Below, in pieces: positions 32,811 to 43,725 of a stretch of DNA of 64,000 bases (position 1 is its first letter; each line of letters opens with the position of its first letter). The position numbers and the translations under genes are program-made. The DNA comes from a bacterium (lineage in GTDB: Bacteria > UBA8248). Below the pieces are notes generated by a model, which ran no database searches, was not told the DNA's origin, and saw only the letters and a program-made list of their open reading frames with translations. The stretch is from contig CBDATS010000004.1 of assembly GCA_965200245.1 (NCBI GenBank), forward strand, positions 1,024,001 through 1,088,000, given 5' to 3'.

Positions 32811-32999
32811 TTAACTCAACGGCGAATGAACCCGCCACTTTCTTGCTATCCGTAATACTTCTCTTCTATTGCCAGTTCGTGTTGAGTGTCGAATCATCTT
32901 GCGTGGATTGTAGCCACCTGCACAAGAGAGACCAACTGAAATTCGTGCCTGAAAGTAGTAGATACTGCCGCGCTTGCATAGATACGAAGGATTTGCCAT
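32811..32999 (-). pseudogene. tyrosine integrase N-terminal (DUF6538-like) remnant
   Basis: YLCKRGSIYYFQARI...IRHS.RTGNRRE.LRIAR immediately downstream of the tRNA 3' end. Confidence 0.7.
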
Positions 33000-33104
33000 C
33001 GGTGTACCCCACTTTGTATGCCAAAATGTATGCTACCAATGACTGCAATCTTAGAATTCATTGATTTATAACCTGTTGATTTATAATATTTTAAATCCCT
33101 GACA

Positions 33105-33196
33105 TGGCGGAGAGAGAGGGATTCGAACCCTCGAGGCCGGTTTCCCAGCCTACTCGCTTAGCAGGCGAGCGCCTTCAGCCACTCGGCCATCTCTCC
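33105..33196 (-). tRNA. tRNA-Ser(GCT)
   Basis: GGAGAGA acceptor stem, CTCGC-CT-GCT-AA-GCGAG anticodon arm, long variable arm, GGTTCGAATCC, CCA end. Confidence 0.97.
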
Positions 33197-34148
33197 GCGA
33201 GGGGCGCCATTCTATATCACAAGAAGGGGCGGTGGCTATCCTCTCCCAGAGACATCAGCGCCCGATTCTGCTCCTGTGATGCCACGCAGGCTTTTCGAGA
33301 ACGCACGCACTGTGAAGGCCCATCGCAATGCCGGACCGGGAGAACACCATGGAAGGCCAATGATTCGGAATGTTCACCGAGATCCCGTGAGGAACGTGAA
33401 TCGAGGTTCGTCAGAAGGGTCATGATTCCGGTTGAAATCCAGGCGTAGCCAACAGTCCGCAAACGACACTCGCGACTCCCGGGCCGTGAGAAAGCCCCCT
33501 CACCCGCCTCGTCCCCGGCGCCGCTGATGAACACTTCCGTAACCGTCTTTCTCGAGTGCATCGGGGGTGACGTATCGATGCAAGTGTCGATGACACCGGT
33601 GGTCACCGTGGATCCGGGGGCCCTGTTTTGATCTTGAGCAGGTTCACGTGGCTATGCTCCTTATCCGCGCAATACACCCCAACCCCATTGATTCTGGAGT
33701 TTGGTATGCACGTCGTACGTTGCGGCAAGCCGCTGCGTTTTGGTATCGAAATCCTCAATGGAAGAGCAAGTTTCGTCGTGAAGAGAAGTGCACTTGACCG
33801 CCGGTGGGTCAGTGCAGTTCGGAGGTTTTCCGATTTGCCCCGGCGGTCAGGACGGAAGTAGTGACAGTTGTTACGGAAGGGTTGCCGGAAACGGCCGGGT
33901 TTCGGGCATCACCGCGACTTGCGGTTGTCTGCTCCCTCCTTCCTCGCCACGACCACGAATTTCCGCCCGACCCCAGCCTACATCTCTCCTGCCAAGCGCA
34001 TTGCCAATGCACCCTTCACCTCGGCGCGGTGGACTGTTCACGACAATATTATTCTGCCGGAATATCCTTACAACGCAATTGGTCGGAGGACTGGCTGAAA
34101 CACTCCGGGGCAGTGCATCCGGGATTCTGGGGTTGCACGCCGGTCTTC

Positions 34149-35240
34149 CTAGGAACTGACCTTGATCGCTTTGATCGCCATGGGGTCGATAGTTACATAG
34201 ACGCTCGCGCCCGATTCGAGCAGGGGCAGGCGGTGGCCGTGCACACGGATTTCGCTGCCCCCGGTGTTCAGCCAAAGTTCCAACACGCCACCCATGTAGA
34301 CTGCCTTATCAACGTGGCATTTCATTACGTTTGGCGTCCCCGCGGACGGTGCCTCGACGCTCGCGACGCAGTCTTCGGGCCGGATCGAGAGCAGTACCTT
34401 CGAGCCTTCCGTCACATCGGCGGTCCTGCACAGCAGTTTCACCTCGCCGACCTTGACCATCGTTTGCGAATCGCCTGAGGCTGCGTTGACGACCTCGCCC
34501 TCGATGAAGTTCGAGATGCCGACGAATCCGGCGACGAACTGATTGGCAGGGTTCTGGTAGATGTCGCTCGGCGAGCCCATCTGTTCGATTCGGCCGTGGT
34601 TCATCACCACGATGATGTCGCTCATCACCATGGCCTCGACCTGATCGTGGGTGACGAAAATGGTGGTGATGCCGGATTGGGTCTGCAGGTCCTTGAGTTC
34701 GAGGCGCATTTCCTCGCGCAGTGCGGCGTCGAGGTTGGAAAGCGGTTCGTCGAGAAGCAGCACGTCGGGCTCGTACACAAGCGCGCGGGCGAAGGCGACT
34801 CGCTGCTGCTGACCACCCGATAGTTGCGAGGGATAACGCTCCCCCAAGCCATCGAGCCGCACCAGACCCAATGAACGTTCCACCGCTTTCTCGATGTCGT
34901 TTTTCGGCGTCTTGCGCATCTGCAAACCAAACGCGACGTTGTCGCGCACCTTGAGATGCGGCCAAAGTCCATAGGACTGGAACACCATGCCGAGGTTTCG
35001 TTTGTGGGCGGGCACCAGCACATTTTCAGAAGCGCTCGAGATGAGTCTGTCACCGACATGGACATCGCCTTCGTCGGGGATTTCAAAACCGGCGATGATG
35101 TTCAGGGTGGTCGTCTTGCCACAACCGCTGGGTCCCAAGAGTGTCAGCAGTTTGCCTTTGGGCACCTCGAAGGAAATCGCGTCGACGGCGACCACATCGC
35201 CGAATCTCTTGACAAGTTTCTCAACCCGCACGCTTTGCAT
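34149..35240 (-). CDS. ABC ATP-binding protein (PotA/FbpC class, TOBE domain)
   Basis: [42 protein letters not shown]. Confidence 0.93.
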   Translation of the reverse strand: MQSVRVEKLVKRFGDVVAVDAISFEVPKGKLLTLLGPSGCGKTTTLNIIAGFEIPDEGDVHVGDRLISSASENVLVPAHKRNLGMVFQSYGLWPHLKVRDNVAFGLQMRKTPKNDIEKAVERSLGLVRLDGLGERYPSQLSGGQQQRVAFARALVYEPDVLLLDEPLSNLDAALREEMRLELKDLQTQSGITTIFVTHDQVEAMVMSDIIVVMNHGRIEQMGSPSDIYQNPANQFVAGFVGISNFIEGEVVNAASGDSQTMVKVGEVKLLCRTADVTEGSKVLLSIRPEDCVASVEAPSAGTPNVMKCHVDKAVYMGGVLELWLNTGGSEIRVHGHRLPLLESGASVYVTIDPMAIKAIKVSS

Positions 35241-36964
35241 CAGGTGAGTCCCTCCACGTCGTTTTGTTTCGTGAGCCAGCGTACCAGCATCACCGAACCC
35301 AGGGATAAGATGACGATGATGAGCGAGAGAATGCACACGTGCGAGAAGAGCCCCTCGTCATAGAGCTGGATCAGGATGGTGCTGATGACCTCTTTGTTTG
35401 AGCTGAACAACATGATCGAAGCAGACAGTTCGCGCATCATGGACACGAAAAGAATGATCCAGCCGGCGACGATGCCCGGCATGGCCAGCGGCACAAGGAT
35501 TTTCCAGAATACGACTCCCCAGTTCGCACCGCTTACGGAAGCGGCCCGTTCCAACTCTTCATGGATCTGCGTGATGGAATTCGAAACCGAGCGCACGCCG
35601 AACGGCAAAAAGCGCGTGATGTAGGCGATCAGGATGATCCACAGCGTGTGGTACAGGTTGAATGGTTCCCGGATGTAGGCCCAGAGCATCGCAATGGCGA
35701 TAACCGCTCCCGGAATGGCCACCGGAATGAGCGCGAGAAAATCGAGCGTTCCCCTGCCCTTCCATGTGCTGCGGACCACGAAATAGGCGACGACGGCTGA
35801 CAGCGCGATGCCGATAGTGGCACCCATGAAACTCAGCAAGAGGCTGTTCTGGATGGAACGGAGGATGACCGCGCCCCCGTCACCGGTAATGATCTCGACC
35901 AAGTGGCCCAGCGTGAGATATTCCAGGGTCGGCGGACGTCCGCGATTCGAGATGAACGTGCCGTAAACCAGCGTCAGCACAGGAAGGATGGCCGATACCA
36001 GAAGGTAGAAGGAAGCGAAGGCCAGGGCCAGATATTTCCAGGGGCCCAGTTCCACGAGCCGGGGCCGGAAGCTCTTGCCGGCGACCGTGGTGTATCTGGA
36101 ACTTCGTCCCAGTGCCTTTGTCTGTCCCCAAAGCGCCAGCCCGCAGATCAGCAGGACAGGGATCGACATGGCGGCGGCGTGCGAGAAGTTCGGCGGAATG
36201 CCAATCATCATACGCCAGAGCTGGGTGGAGAACACGTATATGCCGCCCGAGACGCCGATGGTCGCCGGTATGGCGAAAACCTCCAGCGACTGGATGAAAG
36301 TCAGAAGCGCGCCCGAGAGAATAGCCGGTGCCGCCATGGGAAGCGTGATGCGGAGCGTCGTTTTCCACTGGCTCGCGCCACTCACATGGGCGGCGTGCTC
36401 GAGTGTGGGGTCCATGTTCTTGAACGCCGTGACCGTGAAGATGAAAACATAGGGTGCGAGGGAGAGGGCCATCACGAAGATGAGCCCGCCCATCGTGAAG
36501 ATGTCGAACAAAGGTTCTTTGGTGCCCACCAGCCACTTCCAGAACAGGTTCACGAATCCCACGCGCGGCGTGCCGAGATAGGCCCAGGCCACCGCCACCA
36601 CGACGGGTGGCATGATGAAGGGCAGAATCGCGATCATGTTGATGTAGTTCTTGAACGGCGTATCGGTTCGCCCGACAATCCAGGCGAGGGGAACGCCGAT
36701 AAGGACGGACAGACTCGTTACCCCGACCGACATGACCGCGGTGTTCCACAACACCTCGCCCATGTACTCCGCCTCGAAAATGGCGAAATAGGCTTCGAGG
36801 GTGAAGTCCGAACTTATCGGATCGGGTCTGAAGCTGCCCAGCACCAGCCAGAACAGCGGGTAGAGTACTACGAAGCCGATGACGAGAAGACATCCCCATT
36901 CGAGTACCCGAACGGTGCTCGGAAGCCTGAACATGGCAAACGAACGGGGACGCATCTCAGTCAA
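35240..36964 (-). CDS. ABC permease with duplicated domain (FbpB class)
   Basis: two EAA loops (LEHAAHVSGA; LERAASVSGA). Confidence 0.92.
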   Translation of the reverse strand: MTEMRPRSFAMFRLPSTVRVLEWGCLLVIGFVVLYPLFWLVLGSFRPDPISSDFTLEAYFAIFEAEYMGEVLWNTAVMSVGVTSLSVLIGVPLAWIVGRTDTPFKNYINMIAILPFIMPPVVVAVAWAYLGTPRVGFVNLFWKWLVGTKEPLFDIFTMGGLIFVMALSLAPYVFIFTVTAFKNMDPTLEHAAHVSGASQWKTTLRITLPMAAPAILSGALLTFIQSLEVFAIPATIGVSGGIYVFSTQLWRMMIGIPPNFSHAAAMSIPVLLICGLALWGQTKALGRSSRYTTVAGKSFRPRLVELGPWKYLALAFASFYLLVSAILPVLTLVYGTFISNRGRPPTLEYLTLGHLVEIITGDGGAVILRSIQNSLLLSFMGATIGIALSAVVAYFVVRSTWKGRGTLDFLALIPVAIPGAVIAIAMLWAYIREPFNLYHTLWIILIAYITRFLPFGVRSVSNSITQIHEELERAASVSGANWGVVFWKILVPLAMPGIVAGWIILFVSMMRELSASIMLFSSNKEVISTILIQLYDEGLFSHVCILSLIIVILSLGSVMLVRWLTKQNDVEGLT

Positions 36965-36978
36965 TCGACCGAAGCCTG

Positions 36979-37989
36979 TTATTTCTTTCTCTTCGCTTCA
37001 CGAATGTGCTTGGTCATGAAGCTGCGGTATTTCTTCTGCTCCTTGAACACCTTCTCCCAGTTCGCATACAACGGTTTGAAGGGATAGGGAATGCCCTTCA
37101 CGTGCGGCACGTCCGAGCGCGCGGAGTTGATCTTCACGTCCTGTGTGATAACCGTCTGGCCTTCCTTGGAGAGAATCCAGCGGTACACTTTTTCCGCGTT
37201 TTTCGGGTTCGGGCCATCCTTTATCATGCCGAACGAAGCAGGGACGACCGGCGTACCTTCCTTCATCTTGGCGATCTTGATTTTGGCGCCCTTGTTGATG
37301 CGCCGGATGGCGATATATTCGAACACCATCGTCACGTCGCGCTCGCCGGTGGCGACACGCTCGGTGGAGGCACCCATGCGCGATTGCACCAGCGCTCCGT
37401 TGTAGAGCAGACCCCTGATATATTTCTCCCCGAAACCATCCGCGCCGTAGAAGAAATCCCAAAGACCCGCGGACTGGAATGGATCCACGAGCACGAGACG
37501 GTTCTTCCATTTGGGTTGCGTCAGTTCGGCGAAACTCTTGGGCGCCTCACCTGGCTTCACGTTGTCGGTGTTGTAGATGACCTGCAGCGTCGGAGCGCGC
37601 AGCCCGACCCACTGCGCTTTTTCGTCCTTGCCCCATGCCGGGAAGTTCTTGGCCTCGGGGAATTGGGTGACGTTCTTCACGTAGCCTCTCTTGGCGAGGT
37701 CGTACCAGCCCGGCGTATAACTGAAGTGCAGCAGGTCGATCTTGCCCTTGCCCACCGAGCGCTCGGCCACGAAACGCTGATAGAGGCTCACGCCGCCCGC
37801 CGTGATGGACTGCACCTTGATATCCGGGAATTTCTTCTCGATGGCTTTCACCAGCGTCGCCTGCGCGGCCGTGGTGAGCGAGGAATAGAAGATGAGATTG
37901 GCTTTTTGCGCCACGGCCGCCTGGGAAGTGAATGCAACGATCCCGGCAATGACCAAACCCACGAGAATTGACTTGATAGAACATTTCAT
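36979..37989 (-). CDS. ABC substrate-binding protein (FbpA/AfuA class)
   Basis: signal peptide, YNT, PKSFAEL..PKWK, GPNPKNA...WILSKEGQ. Confidence 0.9.
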   Translation of the reverse strand: MKCSIKSILVGLVIAGIVAFTSQAAVAQKANLIFYSSLTTAAQATLVKAIEKKFPDIKVQSITAGGVSLYQRFVAERSVGKGKIDLLHFSYTPGWYDLAKRGYVKNVTQFPEAKNFPAWGKDEKAQWVGLRAPTLQVIYNTDNVKPGEAPKSFAELTQPKWKNRLVLVDPFQSAGLWDFFYGADGFGEKYIRGLLYNGALVQSRMGASTERVATGERDVTMVFEYIAIRRINKGAKIKIAKMKEGTPVVPASFGMIKDGPNPKNAEKVYRWILSKEGQTVITQDVKINSARSDVPHVKGIPYPFKPLYANWEKVFKEQKKYRSFMTKHIREAKRKK

Positions 37990-38200
37990 GTTGTCTCTCC
38001 CTGATGGTGGTATGGATCTCCTGAAAAACACGTCTGCCAAGAACCCGTTCGCTACGAGTCTTTCCGGTGCGGTTACGCCACTCCCCCGTTTTTACGATTG
38101 AATTCATTAGAACAGGTTCAGGGAACCGGGTCAAACCAACACCGGGATAACCGAATGAGGCCGCACCGTTCCATATATCGGGTTTCTCCCGCATCTCGGC

Positions 38201-39029
38201 CTAAAGTGGCGGAACGGCTGCCTTGATGGAAACCGGAACGTTCTGAAAGGTTTTTACGAACTTCGCCGTGTTCGCCGAGATGGCCTCGAAAATTTTCTCT
38301 CCCTTCTCCGCCGATGCGAGGGTGGCCGCTCCGCCGACTCCCATCGCTTCTCGGTTCCGTCCATATTCCTCCATCGTTGGCGGAAAGGAGAGTTTGGGAT
38401 TCTCGACACGGTTGACTGCGTGATCCACAGACACGAAGCGGTGCTCAAAATCGCCCACCTCGGGAATGGCGTCCAAGGCACGTTCCATCTTCACCTGATC
38501 GCCGTACTTGTAAAGCATGAAGGAGGTCTCGGATTCGCATCCATGGCCTACCCCTCCCGGAGGGCTCTCGCATACGTCGCGGATTTCCTTTCCGGCGATA
38601 AGCGCCAAGTCCACGATGGCGACAGCCGCGCCCGTCAGGTTCCTGACCCGCACGACCGCAATCTCAAGCGGCGGGAGGTTCGCGACCCGGTGCCCGTTCA
38701 GGATCACGATATGCCTGAATCCGTGAACGACGAGACTGTTGCACACGTCCTCGACAACGCGCGTGAGTGTCTCGGCGGCGAGCGATATCGTCCCCGGAAA
38801 CGCGAGGTGATGAGGCGACCACCCGAACCACAGACAGGGGAGCGGAAATCAGGGCATCCGCCCGTTCGGCCACTTCTTCCGCAGTCGCGATGGCTTCTGC
38901 CGCATCCGTTCCGAGCGGGCAATGCGGCCCGTGTTGTTCCGTGGCACCGACGGGCACGAGCGCCGTATCCCCGCGCTTGAGATATTCTTCCACGTCCGGC
39001 CAAGTCAGTTCCTGTATCCAGCGGCACAT
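38201..39029 (-). pseudogene. creatininase family protein, frameshifted by a CTGT duplication (38830-38837)
   Basis: PVGATEQHGPHCPLGTD / WFGWSPHH.AFPGT, NGH..N, HGCESETS. Confidence 0.88.
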
Positions 39030-39068
39030 GAATTCTCTCTCCTCTTTTTCGAGCTACGCTCTCCCTGA

Positions 39069-39536
39069 CTAATGCCTCGGCTCCACCCACCCCGACCAAC
39101 TGCGTCTCAGGGCCTCGCATTCGGCCACCCGAACGCCCGTGACGAGTTCGATGGTTTGATTCCCCATGTCCAGAAGTTTTTCGACGGAATAGTCTCCATA
39201 GTCGGTTCGCCTCATTTCCGCATGGCGAGCACCCAGAACGAGCGTTTCAACCTTCGCCAGGACGATCGCCCAGCAGCACATCGGGCAGGGTCCCATCGCC
39301 GTATAGAGTGTCGATCCGGGCAGATCAAGAGTACCCAACTCCCGGCAAGCGTTTCGAATGGCGTCGGTCTCGCCGTGGCAGGTGGGATCGTTGTGAGAGT
39401 TGGCGCGGTTCTGCCCCCTGCCGATCACCTCTCCGTTTCTTACGATGATGGACCCGACGGGAGGGTTCCCCGCCTCGAGCGCAAGACGCGACTCCTCAAG
39501 CGCCAAACCCATGAAATGGTAATGATCTTCGGCCAT
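39069..39536 (-). CDS. nucleoside/guanine deaminase (CDA/TadA superfamily)
   Basis: PVGSIIV, DPTCHGE, PCPMC. Confidence 0.88.
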   Translation of the reverse strand: MAEDHYHFMGLALEESRLALEAGNPPVGSIIVRNGEVIGRGQNRANSHNDPTCHGETDAIRNACRELGTLDLPGSTLYTAMGPCPMCCWAIVLAKVETLVLGARHAEMRRTDYGDYSVEKLLDMGNQTIELVTGVRVAECEALRRSWSGWVEPRH

Positions 39537-39776
39537 GGAAGTTCCTCCTCATCTGCGGCGGGACGAAAAACGCAAAACTCCTGCTGCACGAACTCGCGCC
39601 CGGGAAAATACCCAAGCGGACACCTGTGCGCGCGAGGGTTGTTCCCCGCTTCGCGGCAACGGACGCATACCCCCCGGCATGACAAAAGGATGTGTCATAT
39701 CATCACCGGCAAGCGGTGAAGAAGAGATAACGACTACAAGAAATCCGGGCACTTCATCGTTCATGCCCGAAAGATA

Positions 39777-39800
39777 TGACGGAGGGAGAAGGATTCGAAC
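39777..39800 (-). repeat. att-like direct repeat of the tRNA-Ser(TGA) 3' end
   Basis: tgacggagggagaaggattcgaac vs tggcggagggagagggattcgaac at 45045-45068: 22/24 identical, same orientation. Confidence 0.8.
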
Positions 39801-40345
39801 ATGAATCATAAATTGTATTTATAAAATACGATAATGAAGCCCCTGTCCGGAATGTCCCTTCCCCTTTTCGCAAGCCACCCACTGGATGCCATGGAGGAGA
39901 AGATGCTGGTTTGCCTGCCAGATTGTTCAGATGCCCCACAAATGGAATCCTACCATAGACCGGAAGAAACGGACACGCTCGAAAGATGCCGGCAGGCTGC
40001 GAATTCACCGACATGGTGTTGCAACCTGCTTCAAAATGACGTTTTCCGAAAGGGGGGATGCGGCACCCGCCCCAAATTCATGGGGAGACCGTTCTGGCTC
40101 GAACACTTTGCCCCTGAGTGGCAAAGCCAGGGGGCGGAGGGGGACATCGGCGCCCGGCATCGAATACCCAACGCAACCGAAATTTTTACAATCTCTACGC
40201 ATCCCTCCGTGACCCGGTCGGGCAAAGGAGACCGAACCTCTTACCTCATGACTCCCATCTTAAGCAGAATGCAACCCAGTTCCGGATTACCGAACCAACA
40301 CATAGCGCAGGCAGGGCCGGTTCCTGTGCAGAGGGCAGAGGAAGG

Positions 40346-40373
40346 TTGACTTAGAATGGTCAAATGCTAGGAT
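40346..40373 (+). promoter_or_regulatory. sigma70-like promoter with overlapping palindromic operator
   Basis: TTGACT-N16-TAGGAT with extended TG; TTGAC-N8-GTCAA palindrome (40346-40363) covers the -35. Confidence 0.55.
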
Positions 40374-40536
40374 AGTTCCATTCAAGTTGCCAAATAGAAT
40401 AATCGGGTTCCCTGGAATGGTACGACATGCTCCCGTAGTACCCATTCGATTCCGGCAAACTTCATTCTGGGAGTGCGCCCGGAATCCTTAATTGGACCGC
40501 TGGCAAAAACAGGTGGAACGGAAAGGAGACACAGCC

Positions 40537-41823
40537 ATGCGAAGGTTTCTCATGACTCAGCTTCTGGTCGGTTTGGCAACAGCACTTCTCTGCTATCCAG
40601 CATTCGCCCAGCAGACAAGAATCACATGGTGGGAACATAGCAATCCTCCGCACAACAACTACTCGAAGCAGCTAGTGGCGGAGTGGAACAAAAAGAACCC
40701 CAAGACTCCTGTGCAGTATGATTTTTTCGCGATGACCCCTTACTTCCAGAAACTCACGGCCGCGCTTTCCACGCGCTCGGCGGCTGACATGTTCACGCTC
40801 ATCGACTTCCTGCTGCCCGGCTTCACTACAAAGAACGTCCTCGCGCCCATTCGTCCCGAGTGGCTGGGCTACAAGGACCTTGAGGACATGAAGAAGGCCT
40901 ACCTGCCGGGGGCGCTGGACGGCTACATCCACAAGGGGAAGCTCTACGCCGTCCCTCCCATCGCTTCGGGTTTCAGCCTCTTCATCAACAAGAAGCACTT
41001 CCGGGAGGCGGGCCTTGACCCGGACAAGGATTATCCGCGTACCTGGGAAGATGTTGGCCGCATCGGGAAAAAACTGGCGAAAATGAGGGGAAGCAGGATG
41101 ATACGCGAGGGCTTCGATTTCGCCATGCACTCCTCCACCTGGACGATGTGGTACTTCAACACGACGATTCGGCAATATGGGGGAGAAGTCCTCGACGCCT
41201 CCGGGAAAAAATGCACGGCCAACAGCGAGGCGGGCATCAAGGCCATGAACGTCCGGGCCAGGATTGCACACCACTACAAGGCTTCGGACCCCACCGTAAG
41301 CCTGGGCACAAACGCCCTCCCGGCGGACGATTTGCCCAAAGGGCGCGTCTCCATGTTCATCACCCACGCAGGGAGTGTGGCGCAATTCGGCCCCAAGGTA
41401 ATGAAAGACATGAAGGTGGTACCCTTCCCGCAGGTAGACCCCAAGAAACCCGTGACGCCCATTTACGGTTTCGCCCTCGCGGTGAATCCCCATATTTCCG
41501 AGGCGAAGCAGAAGACAGTGCACAGTGTGCTGAAGCACATCGTCAAGGATCCCAAGACGTGGTATGAGAAGACATCCTATCCCCATCCTGACAAGAATTT
41601 TCTTAACCTCCCGGGGATGGAAGATGCGCGCAAGACGCGCTACCTGGGCGTTTTCGTCAAGGACATCTCGAACGGGCGCTTCCTCCAGCGGTCCGCCAAG
41701 ATCCTTGAACTCAACCAGGCCATTCACCGGGCAATGGAACGCGTGGTCCTGAGGGGAGACGACCCCAGGAAGTCACTTGACAAGGCGTGCAAGGAGATCG
41801 ACGCGGCACTGGCCAAACAGTAG
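40537..41823 (+). CDS. carbohydrate ABC substrate-binding protein (CUT1)
   Basis: signal peptide, GKLYAVP, LFINKKHFREAGLDP..PRTWED. Confidence 0.9.
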   Translation: MRRFLMTQLLVGLATALLCYPAFAQQTRITWWEHSNPPHNNYSKQLVAEWNKKNPKTPVQYDFFAMTPYFQKLTAALSTRSAADMFTLIDFLLPGFTTKNVLAPIRPEWLGYKDLEDMKKAYLPGALDGYIHKGKLYAVPPIASGFSLFINKKHFREAGLDPDKDYPRTWEDVGRIGKKLAKMRGSRMIREGFDFAMHSSTWTMWYFNTTIRQYGGEVLDASGKKCTANSEAGIKAMNVRARIAHHYKASDPTVSLGTNALPADDLPKGRVSMFITHAGSVAQFGPKVMKDMKVVPFPQVDPKKPVTPIYGFALAVNPHISEAKQKTVHSVLKHIVKDPKTWYEKTSYPHPDKNFLNLPGMEDARKTRYLGVFVKDISNGRFLQRSAKILELNQAIHRAMERVVLRGDDPRKSLDKACKEIDAALAKQ

Positions 41824-41834
41824 GCGGAGAACCG

Positions 41835-42763
41835 ATGACTCGCAAGATCGGCGTCGGTCGGGCCTTGCCTTTGATAAGCAGGAACTCCGCTTCCCTGCTA
41901 CGGCGGTTGGGGGCGTGGAGGAAGAAACCCTCCCTCCACAGCCACCTCCGCTGGGCGGGGTTCTTTTTCGTTCTTCCAGCACTCATCCATCTTGTAATCT
42001 TCAAGTTCTACCCCATGTTCCAGGCCTTGCGGCTGAGTTTCTACCGCTACGACCTCATGAGCCCGCCCGTTTTCACCGGGTTGAACAACTACAACCTCCT
42101 TTGGGAGAACCCGCTCTTTCATCAGTCCTTCTGGGTATCGGTCAAATACATGTTCGGAGTCTCCATCCCGGAGTGGTTCTTTGCGCTGGGTCTGGCCCTC
42201 CTCCTGAACCGGCGGATGCCGGGGCGGGGGTTTATCCGCCTGGCGTACTTCTTCCCAATCGCGATGTCCCAGATCGTGGTGGCCATGGCATGGAAGTTCA
42301 TGTACCACCCCTACGGCCTGGTAAACACGATTCTGGAGACCTTCGGAATCGGCCGCATCAACTGGCTCTCCATGGAGGAGTCGGCCCTGCCCGCCCTCAT
42401 CGCCATCGGCATCTGGCGGGCCTCCAGGCCATCCCGAAAGAATACCATGAGGCGGCCATCATCGACGGTGCGGGAGTGTTCCAGCGCTTTATTTACGTGA
42501 CGATTCCCCTGCTCCTGCCCACGATACTTTTCGTCATGGTGCTGTCTCTCCTCTCGGCCGTAAAGGTGTTCCTCAACCCCCTAGTCATGACCGAGGGCGG
42601 CCCAAACGGGACAACCCGGGTGCTTCCCTACTTCATCTATGAAACGGGGTTCGCTTTCTTCCGCATGGGTGAGGCCGCCGCAGCGTCGATGGTACTGTTC
42701 GTCTTTCTTTTCGGCCTGACCCTGATTCAGTTGCGGCTCCTGCGACGGGGAGGTGTCGAATGA
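41835..42763 (+). pseudogene. CUT1 ABC permease (UgpA-like), frameshifted by a deletion near 42415
   Basis: FTGLNNY, GLVN, IGIWR / LAGLQAIPKEYHEAAIIDGA; the usual G..MVIF segment between them is missing. Confidence 0.87.
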
Positions 42764-43593
42764 GCAGAAAGACCATGCTTCGCCTGGGGGGTGCGCTCAT
42801 TACCCTGTTCACCGTCCTGGGGGTCGTGGTAATGCTACTTCCCTACTTCTGGATGCTCTCCTCATCTATCAAGACAGGAATCGAGGTCTTCGATCTCCCC
42901 ATCAAATGGATTCCGGATGATATCCAGTGGGTGAATTACCCCAATGCCCTTTCCCGAGGGGCTTTCGGTACCTATTTCTTCAACAGCTTCATTGTGGCTC
43001 TGGCGGTCATGGCGGGGAACCTCGTTTTCTGTACCCTGGCGGGCTACGGCCTGGCCAAGTTCCGCTTCCCCCACCGAGAGCTGTGCTTCCGCCTGATTCT
43101 GTGCACTTTGATGCTCCCGCTGGAAATCGTGCTGGTACCCACTTTCCTCGTGGTGCGGGACCTGGGACTCGTAAACACCTATGGCGGGCTGATTGCTCCA
43201 TTGGCGGTGGACGCCTTCGGCGTCTTTCTCATGCGCCAGTCCATCCGGGATATTCCCGATTCACTCATCGAGGCAGCGCGTCTGGACGGATGCAGCGAAT
43301 TCGCCATCTTCTGGCGCATCATTCTTCCCAACTGCAAGCCCGCGCTGGGCGCGCTGGCGCTGCTCGCCTTCCGGGACAACTGGGACCAGTTCCTCTGGCC
43401 GTTCATCGTGGCTACGAGCGACAGCCTGAAGACCTTCCCGCTCGGCCTTGCCCAGATGGAAGGCATTGATTCAGCCGCCTACCACGAAATCATGGCGCTC
43501 GCGGTCCTGGGGATGATCCCGGCGGCATTCATCTTCCTGTTCTTCCAGCGCGCCTTCGTCCGCGGCATCACTCTCACAGGACTGAAGGAGTGA
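42760..43593 (+). CDS. CUT1 ABC permease (UgpE/MalG-like)
   Basis: NY, AGYGLAKFRF, IPDSLIEAARLDG, WDQFLWP. Confidence 0.92.
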   Translation: MSRKTMLRLGGALITLFTVLGVVVMLLPYFWMLSSSIKTGIEVFDLPIKWIPDDIQWVNYPNALSRGAFGTYFFNSFIVALAVMAGNLVFCTLAGYGLAKFRFPHRELCFRLILCTLMLPLEIVLVPTFLVVRDLGLVNTYGGLIAPLAVDAFGVFLMRQSIRDIPDSLIEAARLDGCSEFAIFWRIILPNCKPALGALALLAFRDNWDQFLWPFIVATSDSLKTFPLGLAQMEGIDSAAYHEIMALAVLGMIPAAFIFLFFQRAFVRGITLTGLKE

Positions 43594-43725
43594 GGAACGT
43601 GAAAGCGCCTATGCCAAACCTGCCGTCAGCCATCAAACCCGCGAAGACTCGCCTTCCGGTCCCCTGGAGGAGGGGCCGTTCCATGCAGGCACCCGCTGTG
43701 CTTCCTGAAAAGAGGGGATTCTGAG

